The notes below the pieces were generated by a model. It did not search any database. It worked only from the letters and a program-made list of their open reading frames with translations, and was not told the origin of the DNA. The translations under genes and the position numbers were made by a program. 64,000 bases of DNA from Candidatus Collierbacteria bacterium GW2011_GWB2_45_17 (GTDB taxonomy: Bacteria > Patescibacteriota > Microgenomatia > UBA1400 > MFAQ01): positions 76,517 through 140,516 of the forward strand of contig LCKO01000001.1 of the NCBI GenBank assembly GCA_001001485.1, read 5' to 3'. Of the stretch, positions 26,547 to 34,355 are shown one piece after another. The first letter of the stretch is position 1. The number at the start of each line of letters is the position of its first letter.

Positions 26547-27266
26547 ATGGCGATAGAAGAAATTGCAGCTGAAACAGATGTACTCAAAAAACCAGAAGTA
26601 AAAGTTGAGACAGATAGAATAGTGTCGGAAAGCCAAGAGGCTATAACAACTGCGATACTTAAATACGGCTCCTTGTTAGATGAGTCTACTTTGCTTGGCA
26701 TGATTCAAGGAGCTGCTTTTGAAAGAATTGCTCTTGATTTTATTGAGTTACACAGAATTGGTTATGACTCTCTTGACGACAAGCGTCAAAAACTAATTCT
26801 TGAAAACATTAGAGCCAAGTCAATTCGTAACCCTGACGGAATAATTGCAAGGTCTGGTATAGAAATATATGGAGTATTTGAAGTTAAGTTAGACCCAATT
26901 AGAGATACAAATTATCGAGTATCGGATCAGATAAAACACTTTGGAGAAAACATCTGGGATGCGGTTCAAGAGTTAAGACAGCAGGGCAAACTGGATGAGA
27001 TTACCGTTGTCAACCCTGAAGAAATAAAAATAGTAGTTATTCACCCAAGAAGTGCTAAAAACGAATATGTCGAAATGGAAATCGAAGAGTTATCCTCAGG
27101 AGTTCTAAAAGGAACAAAGAAGGGTCGTTCTGATATTGAATATATTTTTATTCCTATTACAAAACAAGAAATAGTAGCTTTCGCAAAAACCATAAAGGAT
27201 AGAGTGGTAGATGGGCTTACTGATGATGTGAAATGTTGGATTGTTCCAGATGAATGGGTTGATTAA
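26547..27266 (+). CDS. Hypothetical protein, possible PD-(D/E)xK nuclease fold
   Basis: 'NPDGIIARSGIEIYGVFEVKLD' fits a D...E.K pattern. The fold call is weak. Confidence 0.45.
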   Translation: MAIEEIAAETDVLKKPEVKVETDRIVSESQEAITTAILKYGSLLDESTLLGMIQGAAFERIALDFIELHRIGYDSLDDKRQKLILENIRAKSIRNPDGIIARSGIEIYGVFEVKLDPIRDTNYRVSDQIKHFGENIWDAVQELRQQGKLDEITVVNPEEIKIVVIHPRSAKNEYVEMEIEELSSGVLKGTKKGRSDIEYIFIPITKQEIVAFAKTIKDRVVDGLTDDVKCWIVPDEWVD

Positions 27267-27312
27267 CATACTCTTTGGTGCACACATAGCCAAATCTCTA
27301 CCATTTTTAGAT

Positions 27313-27434
27313 CTGGTGGGCGGGCGCGCGTCCTCCAGAGGCGGATCAGCCTATGGCTGAGGCGACCTCCCCGAAAACGGGCGGGAAATCCCAGAGTGTT
27401 GCCTGTTATAACGAAATTCGAACTTATTTTCGGG
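27313..27434 (+). repeat. att-like remnant B (with a 31-nt internal insertion)
   Basis: CTGGTGGGCGGGCGCGCG...GCGACCTCCCCGAAAACGGGCGGGAAATCCCAGAGTGTTGCCTGTTATAACGAAATTCGAACTTATTTTCGGG. Collinear with remnants A and C and with the tRNA flank. Confidence 0.65.
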
Positions 27435-27480
27435 ACCATTACTAATCTATTGGCTCACCGCTCCACACTCCGTGTCTCGC

Positions 27481-27550
27481 GTTTCGCCACCCCCGTCAGC
27501 CTCTGGCTGAGCCTCCCCTGCCGGTCCGCCTTTGGCGGAGGCGGAACCAC
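27481..27550 (+). repeat. R4 repeat, copy 2
   Basis: GTTTCGCCACCCCCGTCAGCCTCTGGCTGAG...CCGGTCCGCCTTTGGCGGAGGCGGAACC. Confidence 0.7.
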
Positions 27551-27566
27551 TTGCGCGCGATTTAAT

Positions 27567-27614
27567 ATTGTATCCCGACTGCGGTCGGGATGAATTGCTC
27601 TGCGAGCAAGCGCC
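27567..27614 (+). repeat. R3 hairpin repeat, short copy
   Basis: ATTGTATCCCGAC-TGCG-GTCGGGATGAATTGCTC-TGCG-AGCAAGCGCC. Confidence 0.7.
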
Positions 27615-27688
27615 AGCTATCGCTGTCGCATCTTTATGTTCGCCCGCCTTAGGCGGACGAAGCTCTCTCAATATATGGCTCAGAACAT

Positions 27689-27734
27689 CGTCATTGCGAG
27701 GAGTGCAATGACGAAGCAATCTATATAGATTGCT
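27689..27734 (+). repeat. R1-related repeat variant
   Basis: CGTCATTGCGAGGAGTGCAATGACGAAGCAATCTATATAGATTGCT, with hairpins GTCATTGC/GCAATGAC and AGCAATCTAT/ATAGATTGCT. Confidence 0.65.
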
Positions 27735-27777
27735 CTTCCTCGCCATAAAATATCAGATAGTTAGGAGAAATTTTACT

Positions 27778-27840
27778 ATCTGATATTTAAGGGTTGAGAC
27801 AGCATTGGCCTTCGGCCAAAGTGCCTGCTTCGCAGGCACA
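27778..27840 (+). repeat. R2 twin-hairpin module, copy 2
   Basis: ATCTGATATTTAAGGGTTGAGACAGCATTGGCCTTCGGCCAAAGTGCCTGCTTCGCAGGCACA. Both loops are TTCG. It ends 20 nt upstream of the ATG at 27861. Confidence 0.75.
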
Positions 27841-27860
27841 GTAGATGGTAGAATTCAATT

Positions 27861-28418
27861 ATGAATGAAAAATTACTCGAAAGAGTTAAAGGATTTGAAG
27901 AAACGCTAGAGAAATTTCCAGAAGTTCGATATGCAGGAGATCCTGTACTTAGACAATCAGCATTAGAGGTAACTGTGGAAGAAGGGATTCAGTTAGGAAT
28001 ACTTCTTGGCGAAGTGTTATTGCGTTATCGAGAGGCTGTTGGATATGGTAGGGGATTTGCAGCTCCGCAGATAGGAGAAAACAAGGCTGTCTTTGTCACA
28101 TTTGTGGAAAATAAATTACAGACATTTATTAACCCAAAGATAGTTGAGAAATCAAAGGAAACAAATTTCTATAAGGAACTTTGTTTAAGTTCTGGAATTA
28201 TGTCCGCAGATGTCGAGAGATCTGTTTGGATAGTAATGGAATGGACTGATACAGAAGGTCATAATCATAGCGAAAGATTTGATGGTTTTCTCGCTAGGCT
28301 ATATCAACACGAGGAGGCACATTTAAGAGGAAAACTAAACTTAGATGAGGCAGTAGATGGTGGAATAGAATTTATGCTTTTTGACCCGCTGAAAGAACAA
28401 CTTAGGGACAAAAGATAA
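27861..28418 (+). CDS. def: Peptide deformylase homolog (island-borne)
   Basis: The three PDF motifs are recognisable: 'GRGFAAPQIG', 'KELCLSSG' (an EGCLS variant with the Cys retained) and 'QHEEAHLRG' (HExxH). Confidence 0.7.
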   Translation: MNEKLLERVKGFEETLEKFPEVRYAGDPVLRQSALEVTVEEGIQLGILLGEVLLRYREAVGYGRGFAAPQIGENKAVFVTFVENKLQTFINPKIVEKSKETNFYKELCLSSGIMSADVERSVWIVMEWTDTEGHNHSERFDGFLARLYQHEEAHLRGKLNLDEAVDGGIEFMLFDPLKEQLRDKR

Positions 28419-28419
28419 A

Positions 28420-28794
28420 ATGAGTGGTTTCTCTGGGCAATCAATTATTGACGAAAAAAGTCATAAAGTACGTCAGTATATTTTTGCGCTGATTTGGATT
28501 GTTATTCTGATTCACTTTCTTAAAGACATCACGCAAGATATTCTAAATATACCCACCTTCCTTGATGCCTTTGGAAATATTCAAGAAGATGTTAGCTGGT
28601 TACCCATCTGGGCACAATCTTTGGTATATGGGACAGGAGTAAGTTCATTTCTGGCGGAAATATTTTTATTGATATCGATTCCTATTATAAAAAAACGAGA
28701 AAAGGGATCAAATTTGGAAAAATGGGTCATTGGAGTCGTTATTTTTATGCTGATATATTTTCCAGTTGTCATATTTCTCGATCCGCGCTACTGA
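28420..28794 (+). CDS. Hypothetical 3-4 TM membrane protein
   Basis: ORF with hydrophobic helices. N-terminal 'LIHFLKDITQDIL' resembles 'YHLIRDLLTNF' of the small paralog pair. Confidence 0.5.
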   Translation: MSGFSGQSIIDEKSHKVRQYIFALIWIVILIHFLKDITQDILNIPTFLDAFGNIQEDVSWLPIWAQSLVYGTGVSSFLAEIFLLISIPIIKKREKGSNLEKWVIGVVIFMLIYFPVVIFLDPRY

Positions 28795-28847
28795 ACCAGA
28801 CTCTCCTGGAAGAAAAATGTAAAAATACTAATAGCTACAATACAAAT

Positions 28848-29144
28848 ATGAACAAAGTACTACGACTACTTTTTACTACAATACTAGTATTCTCTGTATA
28901 TCATCTGGTTCGTGATTTACTCACAAATTTTGGAATTCATAACTATATTGTAGATTTTGCACATCGTCCTCACTTGTGGTGTGGAAAATTTTATCCTTGG
29001 GTTTGTCATTGGATTACAGTTCCTCCTGAGATTTTTACGTTAATAGTGTCACTAATCGTATTAAAGCGAAACAGAGTAGGAGTACTTGGGTTTTTAGTTT
29101 TATTACAAGTACCACTGTGGTTATTATTAGTCTTATTACCTTAG
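28848..29144 (+). CDS. Small 3-TM membrane protein, island paralog 2
   Basis: 98 aa, collinear with 24423-24719 with few substitutions. 'HLWCGKFYPWVCHWITVP' is conserved. Confidence 0.6.
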   Translation: MNKVLRLLFTTILVFSVYHLVRDLLTNFGIHNYIVDFAHRPHLWCGKFYPWVCHWITVPPEIFTLIVSLIVLKRNRVGVLGFLVLLQVPLWLLLVLLP

Positions 29145-29147
29145 CAA

Positions 29148-29522
29148 ATGATGTTTCGATCACTTTTTCAAAAAATTGTAAGACAAAGATCTGAAGTTGT
29201 TATTAGTCGCATCTTTCCATTTCTCAAAGACTCAAAAAAGATTTTAGATATTGGTTCTGGGACTGGTGATGTAGCATTTCTGCTAGGGGAACATGGAAAA
29301 GACGTAACGCCTGTTGATGTTAGCGATTTTCATGGTCCTAGACTTGTAAAAACCACGATCTACGACGGACGAAAACTACCATTTCCGAATAACTCATTTG
29401 ATACTGCCATGCTACTTATGGTTATGCACCACACCTCTAACCCAGAAATTGTCTTTGATGAAGCATCAAGGGTAGCCAAAGAATTAGTGGTTATTGAAAC
29501 GTCTGGGGTAGAAAGGTTGTAG
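29148..29522 (+). CDS. Class I SAM-dependent methyltransferase, probably C-terminally truncated
   Basis: 'ILDIGSGTGDVAFLL'. At only 124 aa it ends soon after motif post-II. Confidence 0.5.
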   Translation: MMFRSLFQKIVRQRSEVVISRIFPFLKDSKKILDIGSGTGDVAFLLGEHGKDVTPVDVSDFHGPRLVKTTIYDGRKLPFPNNSFDTAMLLMVMHHTSNPEIVFDEASRVAKELVVIETSGVERL

Positions 29523-29582
29523 AAAAACTAGCCGGTCTAGGGTAATTGTTATAGTGAAGAATCTAAAAACGAACTAACGAAA

Positions 29583-30005
29583 ATGATTCTAGGTAAAGAA
29601 GTCCGCTTAACCGGTTTACAAGCAGATCACTACGGAAGAGTGGTGGCGGATGTTTTCCTTAAAGACGGAACATATATAAATCTGCACATGGTCAAGAGTG
29701 GTTTTACTGCATATATTAGAGCTTACGACCAAAATCTCACCCATATGAAAGAAGCGGGAGATTATGCTCGGCAAAATAAACTAGGTGTATTTAGTCCTGC
29801 CTGTTTCCAGACAGTGCCGGAAAATCCAAAGTGCAAAATCAAAGGAAATCTGGACGAGAAAAACCCCGACAGAAAATTTTACTTAAAGCCAAGTTGTGCC
29901 TATTACGATTCAGTAGTTGTAGAAAAATATTTAGGTGAGCAATGGTTCTGTACGGAGCAAGAAGCAATTCAAGCAGGTTATGTAAAATCCCCGAATTGTA
30001 AATAA
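29583..30005 (+). pseudogene. Thermonuclease (SNase)-like fragment lacking the N-terminal half
   Basis: The ORF begins inside the SNase fold ('EVRLTGLQADHYGRVVADVFLKDG..NLHMVKSGFTAY'). The usual N-terminal 'DGDT...RL.GID.PE' part is absent. The C-terminal 'WFCTEQEAIQAGY' tail is present. Confidence 0.5.
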
Positions 30006-30087
30006 ATATAGAAAATAATCAATCGTTATTTTGAGATGTAGCGGGATTTGGCCTATTGGCCAGAGTGAGTGCTACGCAGATACACTA

Positions 30088-31071
30088 TTATTCACGATCT
30101 TGATCAAAAATATGATCAATATCACTCCATCGATTTGCTTTTCCTGTTTTAAAAAAGCTTTTTGGATTCTCTTGTATATATCTAATCTCATCGTCCTGCA
30201 GCTCTAGTCCACACATTGGACACTTCATATACCTATATGGAAATTGTAGGGTTCCGTCTGGATTCCAGTCATAATCGATACCAATAATCAACCACAACGT
30301 ATCATTCTTACATGACGGACACTGACAATCTTCTATAAATGCATCTACATCATCAGGACCAAGCACGACATTTGTCTTTGAGAACTCTTTGATTTGCCCA
30401 GGAGTAAGTCTTTCATATTTGTCCTCAAAAAAAGTTATCTTTTTCATTAAATTTCCTTCAAATAGGTCTATCATGCTTTTGGTGACCTTCTCGAGTCTTT
30501 TCCAGAGAGATACATCAAGTGAAACAATCTTTGGTGAGGCAATGTGTACAGGTCTTTGGGCTAATGGTTCTAAAAACGAATACATAAACGGAAAAATATC
30601 CTTCGCCAGCAACAGATTAATATCGTCTAAATTGATATTTATCTCGTGATGTACAACTTCATTCCGCAGTTTAGATAATTCTAATAGTTTATCCATAATT
30701 GCAGATAAATCTACAAATTGGTTCAATCTTTTTAAGATAATTACAAAATTGGCTGTTCTCAACTCTTGTTTATTATTTTTTGTTCTATTAGTTGTTTTTC
30801 CCTCTAGTGAAAAAATTTTGATAACTTGTATACCTTCGTCATCAATTCGTTCCAAAATTAAAGCAGGGCAGATTCCCTTTAAGTATTCCTTAAATATTAA
30901 TTCAATAGAAATTTGAGTTTTGATCAAACAACTAACTATTCTTCGAGCATCGTTCCCAGATTCTAAAAATTCTTTTAAGCCTTCCTCTAGCAAATCAACA
31001 GAATCATACCCATATGATGTGTGAGTTTCGTCTCCGAACCTAGTTTTTTTGTGTCGATATACGCCTCCCAT
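30088..31071 (-). CDS. Hypothetical protein: N-terminal HEPN-like helical domain plus C-terminal zinc ribbon
   Basis: An Rx4H motif 'LSKLRNEVVHHE' sits at the end of an approximately 150-aa helical region. The C-terminus has 'CQCPSCKND...KCPMCG'. Confidence 0.45.
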   Translation of the reverse strand: MGGVYRHKKTRFGDETHTSYGYDSVDLLEEGLKEFLESGNDARRIVSCLIKTQISIELIFKEYLKGICPALILERIDDEGIQVIKIFSLEGKTTNRTKNNKQELRTANFVIILKRLNQFVDLSAIMDKLLELSKLRNEVVHHEININLDDINLLLAKDIFPFMYSFLEPLAQRPVHIASPKIVSLDVSLWKRLEKVTKSMIDLFEGNLMKKITFFEDKYERLTPGQIKEFSKTNVVLGPDDVDAFIEDCQCPSCKNDTLWLIIGIDYDWNPDGTLQFPYRYMKCPMCGLELQDDEIRYIQENPKSFFKTGKANRWSDIDHIFDQDRE

Positions 31072-31140
31072 TAAAGTAATATAACATCCCCGGTCGCTTG
31101 AAGTACGGAGTAAATAAAATCCACTTATTCAGCGACTTTT

Positions 31141-31728
31141 CTAGATTTCTTCACTCATATCAAGAATATCAACGGGCAAGTCATCCTCAACTCCTTCATC
31201 AAGCATTTTTATTGCTTTCCAAAACTCATCAGGAATTTCGAGACTCCCTATCTTTGTTGTACCTTCTGGAACTGTAACTAATTTAGCAAGACTGAATCCT
31301 GGTTGTTCACACTCAACTATTTCTCCTGGTTTGTCATTTTCTTTCAGAACGTAGAGACACATTAATTCTCCCTGGTGAACTTGCAGGGAAAAACTAACTT
31401 CCTCAATCAAAGAATCATATTTATATACTGCTAGACCATCGGGGGTAATGTGGAACAATAAAAATTTTCCTTGTTGGATGTTTTCGTCAAAAACATGATC
31501 TGTCTCTACATATTGAACGGGTGTTCTGTGTCCTGGCATTACTTCAACTAAGGCCCCATCAACTATTTCATCAGAGACATCTTCATATTTCCAAGTTTTG
31601 AATCTAACTCCTTTAATTTCTTCCAAAACCGTCCACTCACTCGCAACTATTGGTCCAGAAAATTCCTCATTGGCAATAATGCCTCCATTTGGACTCTCAA
31701 AATCAATTCCGTGTTCTTTGGTTGTCAT
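31141..31728 (-). CDS. Hypothetical acidic protein (possibly cupin-like)
   Basis: ORF only; 'VEVMPGHRTPVQYVETDHVF' is weakly cupin-like. Confidence 0.4.
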   Translation of the reverse strand: MTTKEHGIDFESPNGGIIANEEFSGPIVASEWTVLEEIKGVRFKTWKYEDVSDEIVDGALVEVMPGHRTPVQYVETDHVFDENIQQGKFLLFHITPDGLAVYKYDSLIEEVSFSLQVHQGELMCLYVLKENDKPGEIVECEQPGFSLAKLVTVPEGTTKIGSLEIPDEFWKAIKMLDEGVEDDLPVDILDMSEEI

Positions 31729-31828
31729 GGCACAAATTATACTTCAATTGGGATACTCAACAACAATTTGGGAATAATTGTTCTATATCCGATAATATAT
31801 TTATATTAAATTTTTGCGTTTTCTGTCG

Positions 31829-31909
31829 CTTTTTGAAAGATAAACAGATTATTGTGGAATGGGAAAAGCCCTTCGCATCGCTCCGCGCGTGGGCGGGCGC
31901 GCGGGCGAC
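31829..31909 (+). repeat. 81-bp direct repeat, left copy (orphan recombinase 3' end)
   Basis: CTTTTTGAAAGATAAACAGATTATTGTGGAATGGGAAAAGCCCTTCGCATCGCTCCGCGCGTGGGCGGGCGCGCGGGCGAC, identical to 36984-37064. It would encode '..LKDKQIIVEWEKPFASLRAWAGARA', but no recombinase gene lies upstream of it. Confidence 0.9.
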
Positions 31910-31942
31910 CTCCCCGAATGTGGGCGAGATTTCCCAGAGTGT

Positions 31943-32035
31943 TGGCGGTTTACGAAAAATGTCGAACTTCATTTGATTAGCTCGGCCTTCGGCCTCGCTT
32001 GCTCCGGCGCGGCGCCCCCACCCGCCGCGCCTCCG
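31943..32035 (+). repeat. 93-bp perfect inverted repeat, left arm
   Basis: TGGCGGTTTACGAAAAATGTCGAACTTCATTTGATTAGCTCGGCCTTCGGCCTCGCTTGCTCCGGCGCGGCGCCCCCACCCGCCGCGCCTCCG is the exact reverse complement of 35304-35396. Confidence 0.9.
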
Positions 32036-32167
32036 CTATTTTTTGAGCGCGCGATTTTCTCGCCCTTCGGGCGAGCGAGGAAGAAATTTTTAGTTTTCCT
32101 TGCCCCGTCCGCCCACGCGCGGAAATAATTTTAGCTCCCACAATAATATCAGAATTAAATTACAAAT

Positions 32168-32893
32168 TTAATTCGAATTCATAATTTCTGATACCTTGTT
32201 ATTTTCTTCTATTAAAAAGATCCTAGTAAAATTATGATTAATTCCATTAATAGCTGTTTTAAAGATATTAGCGTCAGCCAAAGGATAATTGTTTATAACA
32301 CCTAGCCATTTTTCACCATTATTGCTATTTATTTCTTTGAGCTTTGACTCTTTTTCTTTAATTATTTTGTCTAGTATTAATTGCGTTTGCTCTTGAATGA
32401 CAATAATGGGGTTTTTGTCTGTTATTGCTCCTATAATTGCTTTACGCCTGTTGTCACCATGACTAATTTCATGAACTTCAACGATTTCTCCATAAATTTT
32501 CAAGTTTCTATTTCCAGGTGGCTTATTTTTTCTTATTAACTTATCCAAAGTTCTCACGAGACCTTTTTTGAATTTATTGAAATTTTTTACAGGCACTTTG
32601 AAAACCAACATTATAGATTTTCCTTTAGGAACCAGATTTTTGTATTTATTATCTAGTTGATTGCAAAATTTAATAAGGGTTTCCGTAGAAGTTCTTTTCT
32701 TGCTTTTCTCGTTTTCATCTTTATAAATAGATTCTGCCGTGGTAATTTCTAATGGGGTTTTATTACCACTACTATCGACACAATAGTAATCTGGAGGATC
32801 TCCACCCGGTACTATTTCAAAAGGTGGATATGAGATTGATTCAAGATAAACCTTTATCGACTTTTTCGCGTATTCTTCATCAACTCGCATCAT
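32168..32893 (-). CDS. Hypothetical protein (possible PD-(D/E)xK-like N-terminus)
   Basis: 'GGDPPDYYCVDSSGNKTPLEITTAE'. The assignment is weak. Lies inside the inverted-repeat-bounded segment. Confidence 0.4.
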   Translation of the reverse strand: MMRVDEEYAKKSIKVYLESISYPPFEIVPGGDPPDYYCVDSSGNKTPLEITTAESIYKDENEKSKKRTSTETLIKFCNQLDNKYKNLVPKGKSIMLVFKVPVKNFNKFKKGLVRTLDKLIRKNKPPGNRNLKIYGEIVEVHEISHGDNRRKAIIGAITDKNPIIVIQEQTQLILDKIIKEKESKLKEINSNNGEKWLGVINNYPLADANIFKTAINGINHNFTRIFLIEENNKVSEIMNSN

Positions 32894-33036
32894 AAATAAT
32901 GATTCGTCCTTAAACTGAAGACATTGTGTATAAAAATCATAATCATAAGTAGTTTATCATATAGAAGTATATCTGTTTGCACTATCACAATCCCCATTGA
33001 GTTTTTTATGATAAAGATTTACAATTGGAGTAGCTT

Positions 33037-34338
33037 ATGAAGACAATAATTATCTGGCTTTTTGGTTTGGGTTTTCTTTTAGGCCTTCTTATTACATTAC
33101 TTTTAAGAATGTGGTTGATCGTACCAATTTATTTGATACTGACTTTAGTAACTATTCCTCCTCTACATAATTTTTTATCAAAACGAGTTAATTTAAAACT
33201 AAATAGAGTGAGTCGTTTAATTTTAATTTTTTTACTTGTTCCATTGTCTATGCTAATCGCCACTCTTTACGGATTCGTTGATGGAACAACTACACTTAAA
33301 AAAACAGCTCAATTTTTTGCTGATGACGGTTCCTCTTTATATATGTATCCCAGCTTATACTGGCCCACTGATAAAGGCGGTTATGATGACGCTTCTAAAA
33401 ATCCAGCTATTGCAAGTGACAAGATGATATTTAATGTGTTTGATTTAAGAGAAGGATATAATGCTGGATTCGGAACGATAATGGCTCCTTTTAAGCCAAA
33501 CTTGAGACATGAAATTGAAAAAATATTGAAATATAAACCAAGTAAAATATTCAATTATTCGGATATCGTTGTATTCAATAAAGAAGTACAAAAAGACGAT
33601 AAGAGAGTTTTCATCCAACGAGTCATTGCTAAAGGTGGTGATAAAGTTCGTTTTGAAAATGGATATGTATATGTTAACGGAAAAAAGATTGATGAACCAT
33701 ATTTAGCAAAAGACCAATCAACCTATGCAGGTATTTTTTACAATCAAGAAAAGTTTATCAAAAATTGTGAGGAAATAATCGTACCTGCAAATCAATTGTT
33801 TGTTCTAGGTGACAATAGGATGCTTTCCGATGGTGATAGTAGAAATTTTGGCACAATTTCAGAAGATGAAATACTTGGATATTTACCAAAGGATTATCAA
33901 ACAACATTTTCAAAATATTGGTTAAAGAATAATCAAATGAAGGTTGTAAGTGATGGGGATAGTAACGAATTATTAACTTATTTTAATCAAATAAGGCAAA
34001 AAAAAGGAATGTCTAACTTAACCACATCAAATGATTTAAACATAATAATAAAAAATTATCTTAAAAGTGCTATTGAAAATAATGACTTCTCTAATATCCC
34101 AAAAAAATTAGCCACTCAAAAGGCATTACAGGAAATTATAAACAGAAATCCAATAGGAGTGACAATAATAGAAGGGGTGTATGATCTGGATACTTATAAG
34201 GGATATTTATATTTGGTTGCAGGCGACGCGAATTCCCAAGAGGCACAGAAAAATAGTTCAAAATTTGCTTTTTCAAGCTTTAGGACAGAAATCGATGGTT
34301 GTATGAAGTCTGGAACAATTATTGCTACTTTTAAATGA
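33037..34338 (+). CDS. Signal peptidase I (S26)-like membrane protein with a C-terminal extra domain; catalytic residues look substituted
   Basis: S26 boxes 'IQRVIAKGGDKVRFENGYVYVNGKKIDEPY' and 'VLGDNRMLSDGDSRNFGTISEDEILG'. The expected 'SM.P' nucleophile box reads 'YMYPSL', and the 'KR' general-base position reads 'QR'. Confidence 0.55.
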   Translation: MKTIIIWLFGLGFLLGLLITLLLRMWLIVPIYLILTLVTIPPLHNFLSKRVNLKLNRVSRLILIFLLVPLSMLIATLYGFVDGTTTLKKTAQFFADDGSSLYMYPSLYWPTDKGGYDDASKNPAIASDKMIFNVFDLREGYNAGFGTIMAPFKPNLRHEIEKILKYKPSKIFNYSDIVVFNKEVQKDDKRVFIQRVIAKGGDKVRFENGYVYVNGKKIDEPYLAKDQSTYAGIFYNQEKFIKNCEEIIVPANQLFVLGDNRMLSDGDSRNFGTISEDEILGYLPKDYQTTFSKYWLKNNQMKVVSDGDSNELLTYFNQIRQKKGMSNLTTSNDLNIIIKNYLKSAIENNDFSNIPKKLATQKALQEIINRNPIGVTIIEGVYDLDTYKGYLYLVAGDANSQEAQKNSSKFAFSSFRTEIDGCMKSGTIIATFK

Positions 34339-34355
34339 AACTTTGTGACACCTAA

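Noticed and set aside
27396-27746. ORFs 27396..27593 (+) and 27447..27746 (-)
   Set aside because: Both run through the GC-rich att-like, R4, R3 and R1 repeats and translate to the Arg/Ala/Gly/Pro-rich strings typical of repeat read-through. They have no start context or motifs.
31689-32128. ORFs 31689..31976, 31757..31972 and 31859..32128
   Set aside because: They overlap the 81-bp direct repeat, the pseudo-tRNA remnant and the 93-bp inverted repeat. The apparent coding potential ('KDKQIIVEWEKPF...') is an orphan copy of the recombinase 3' end, not an independent gene.
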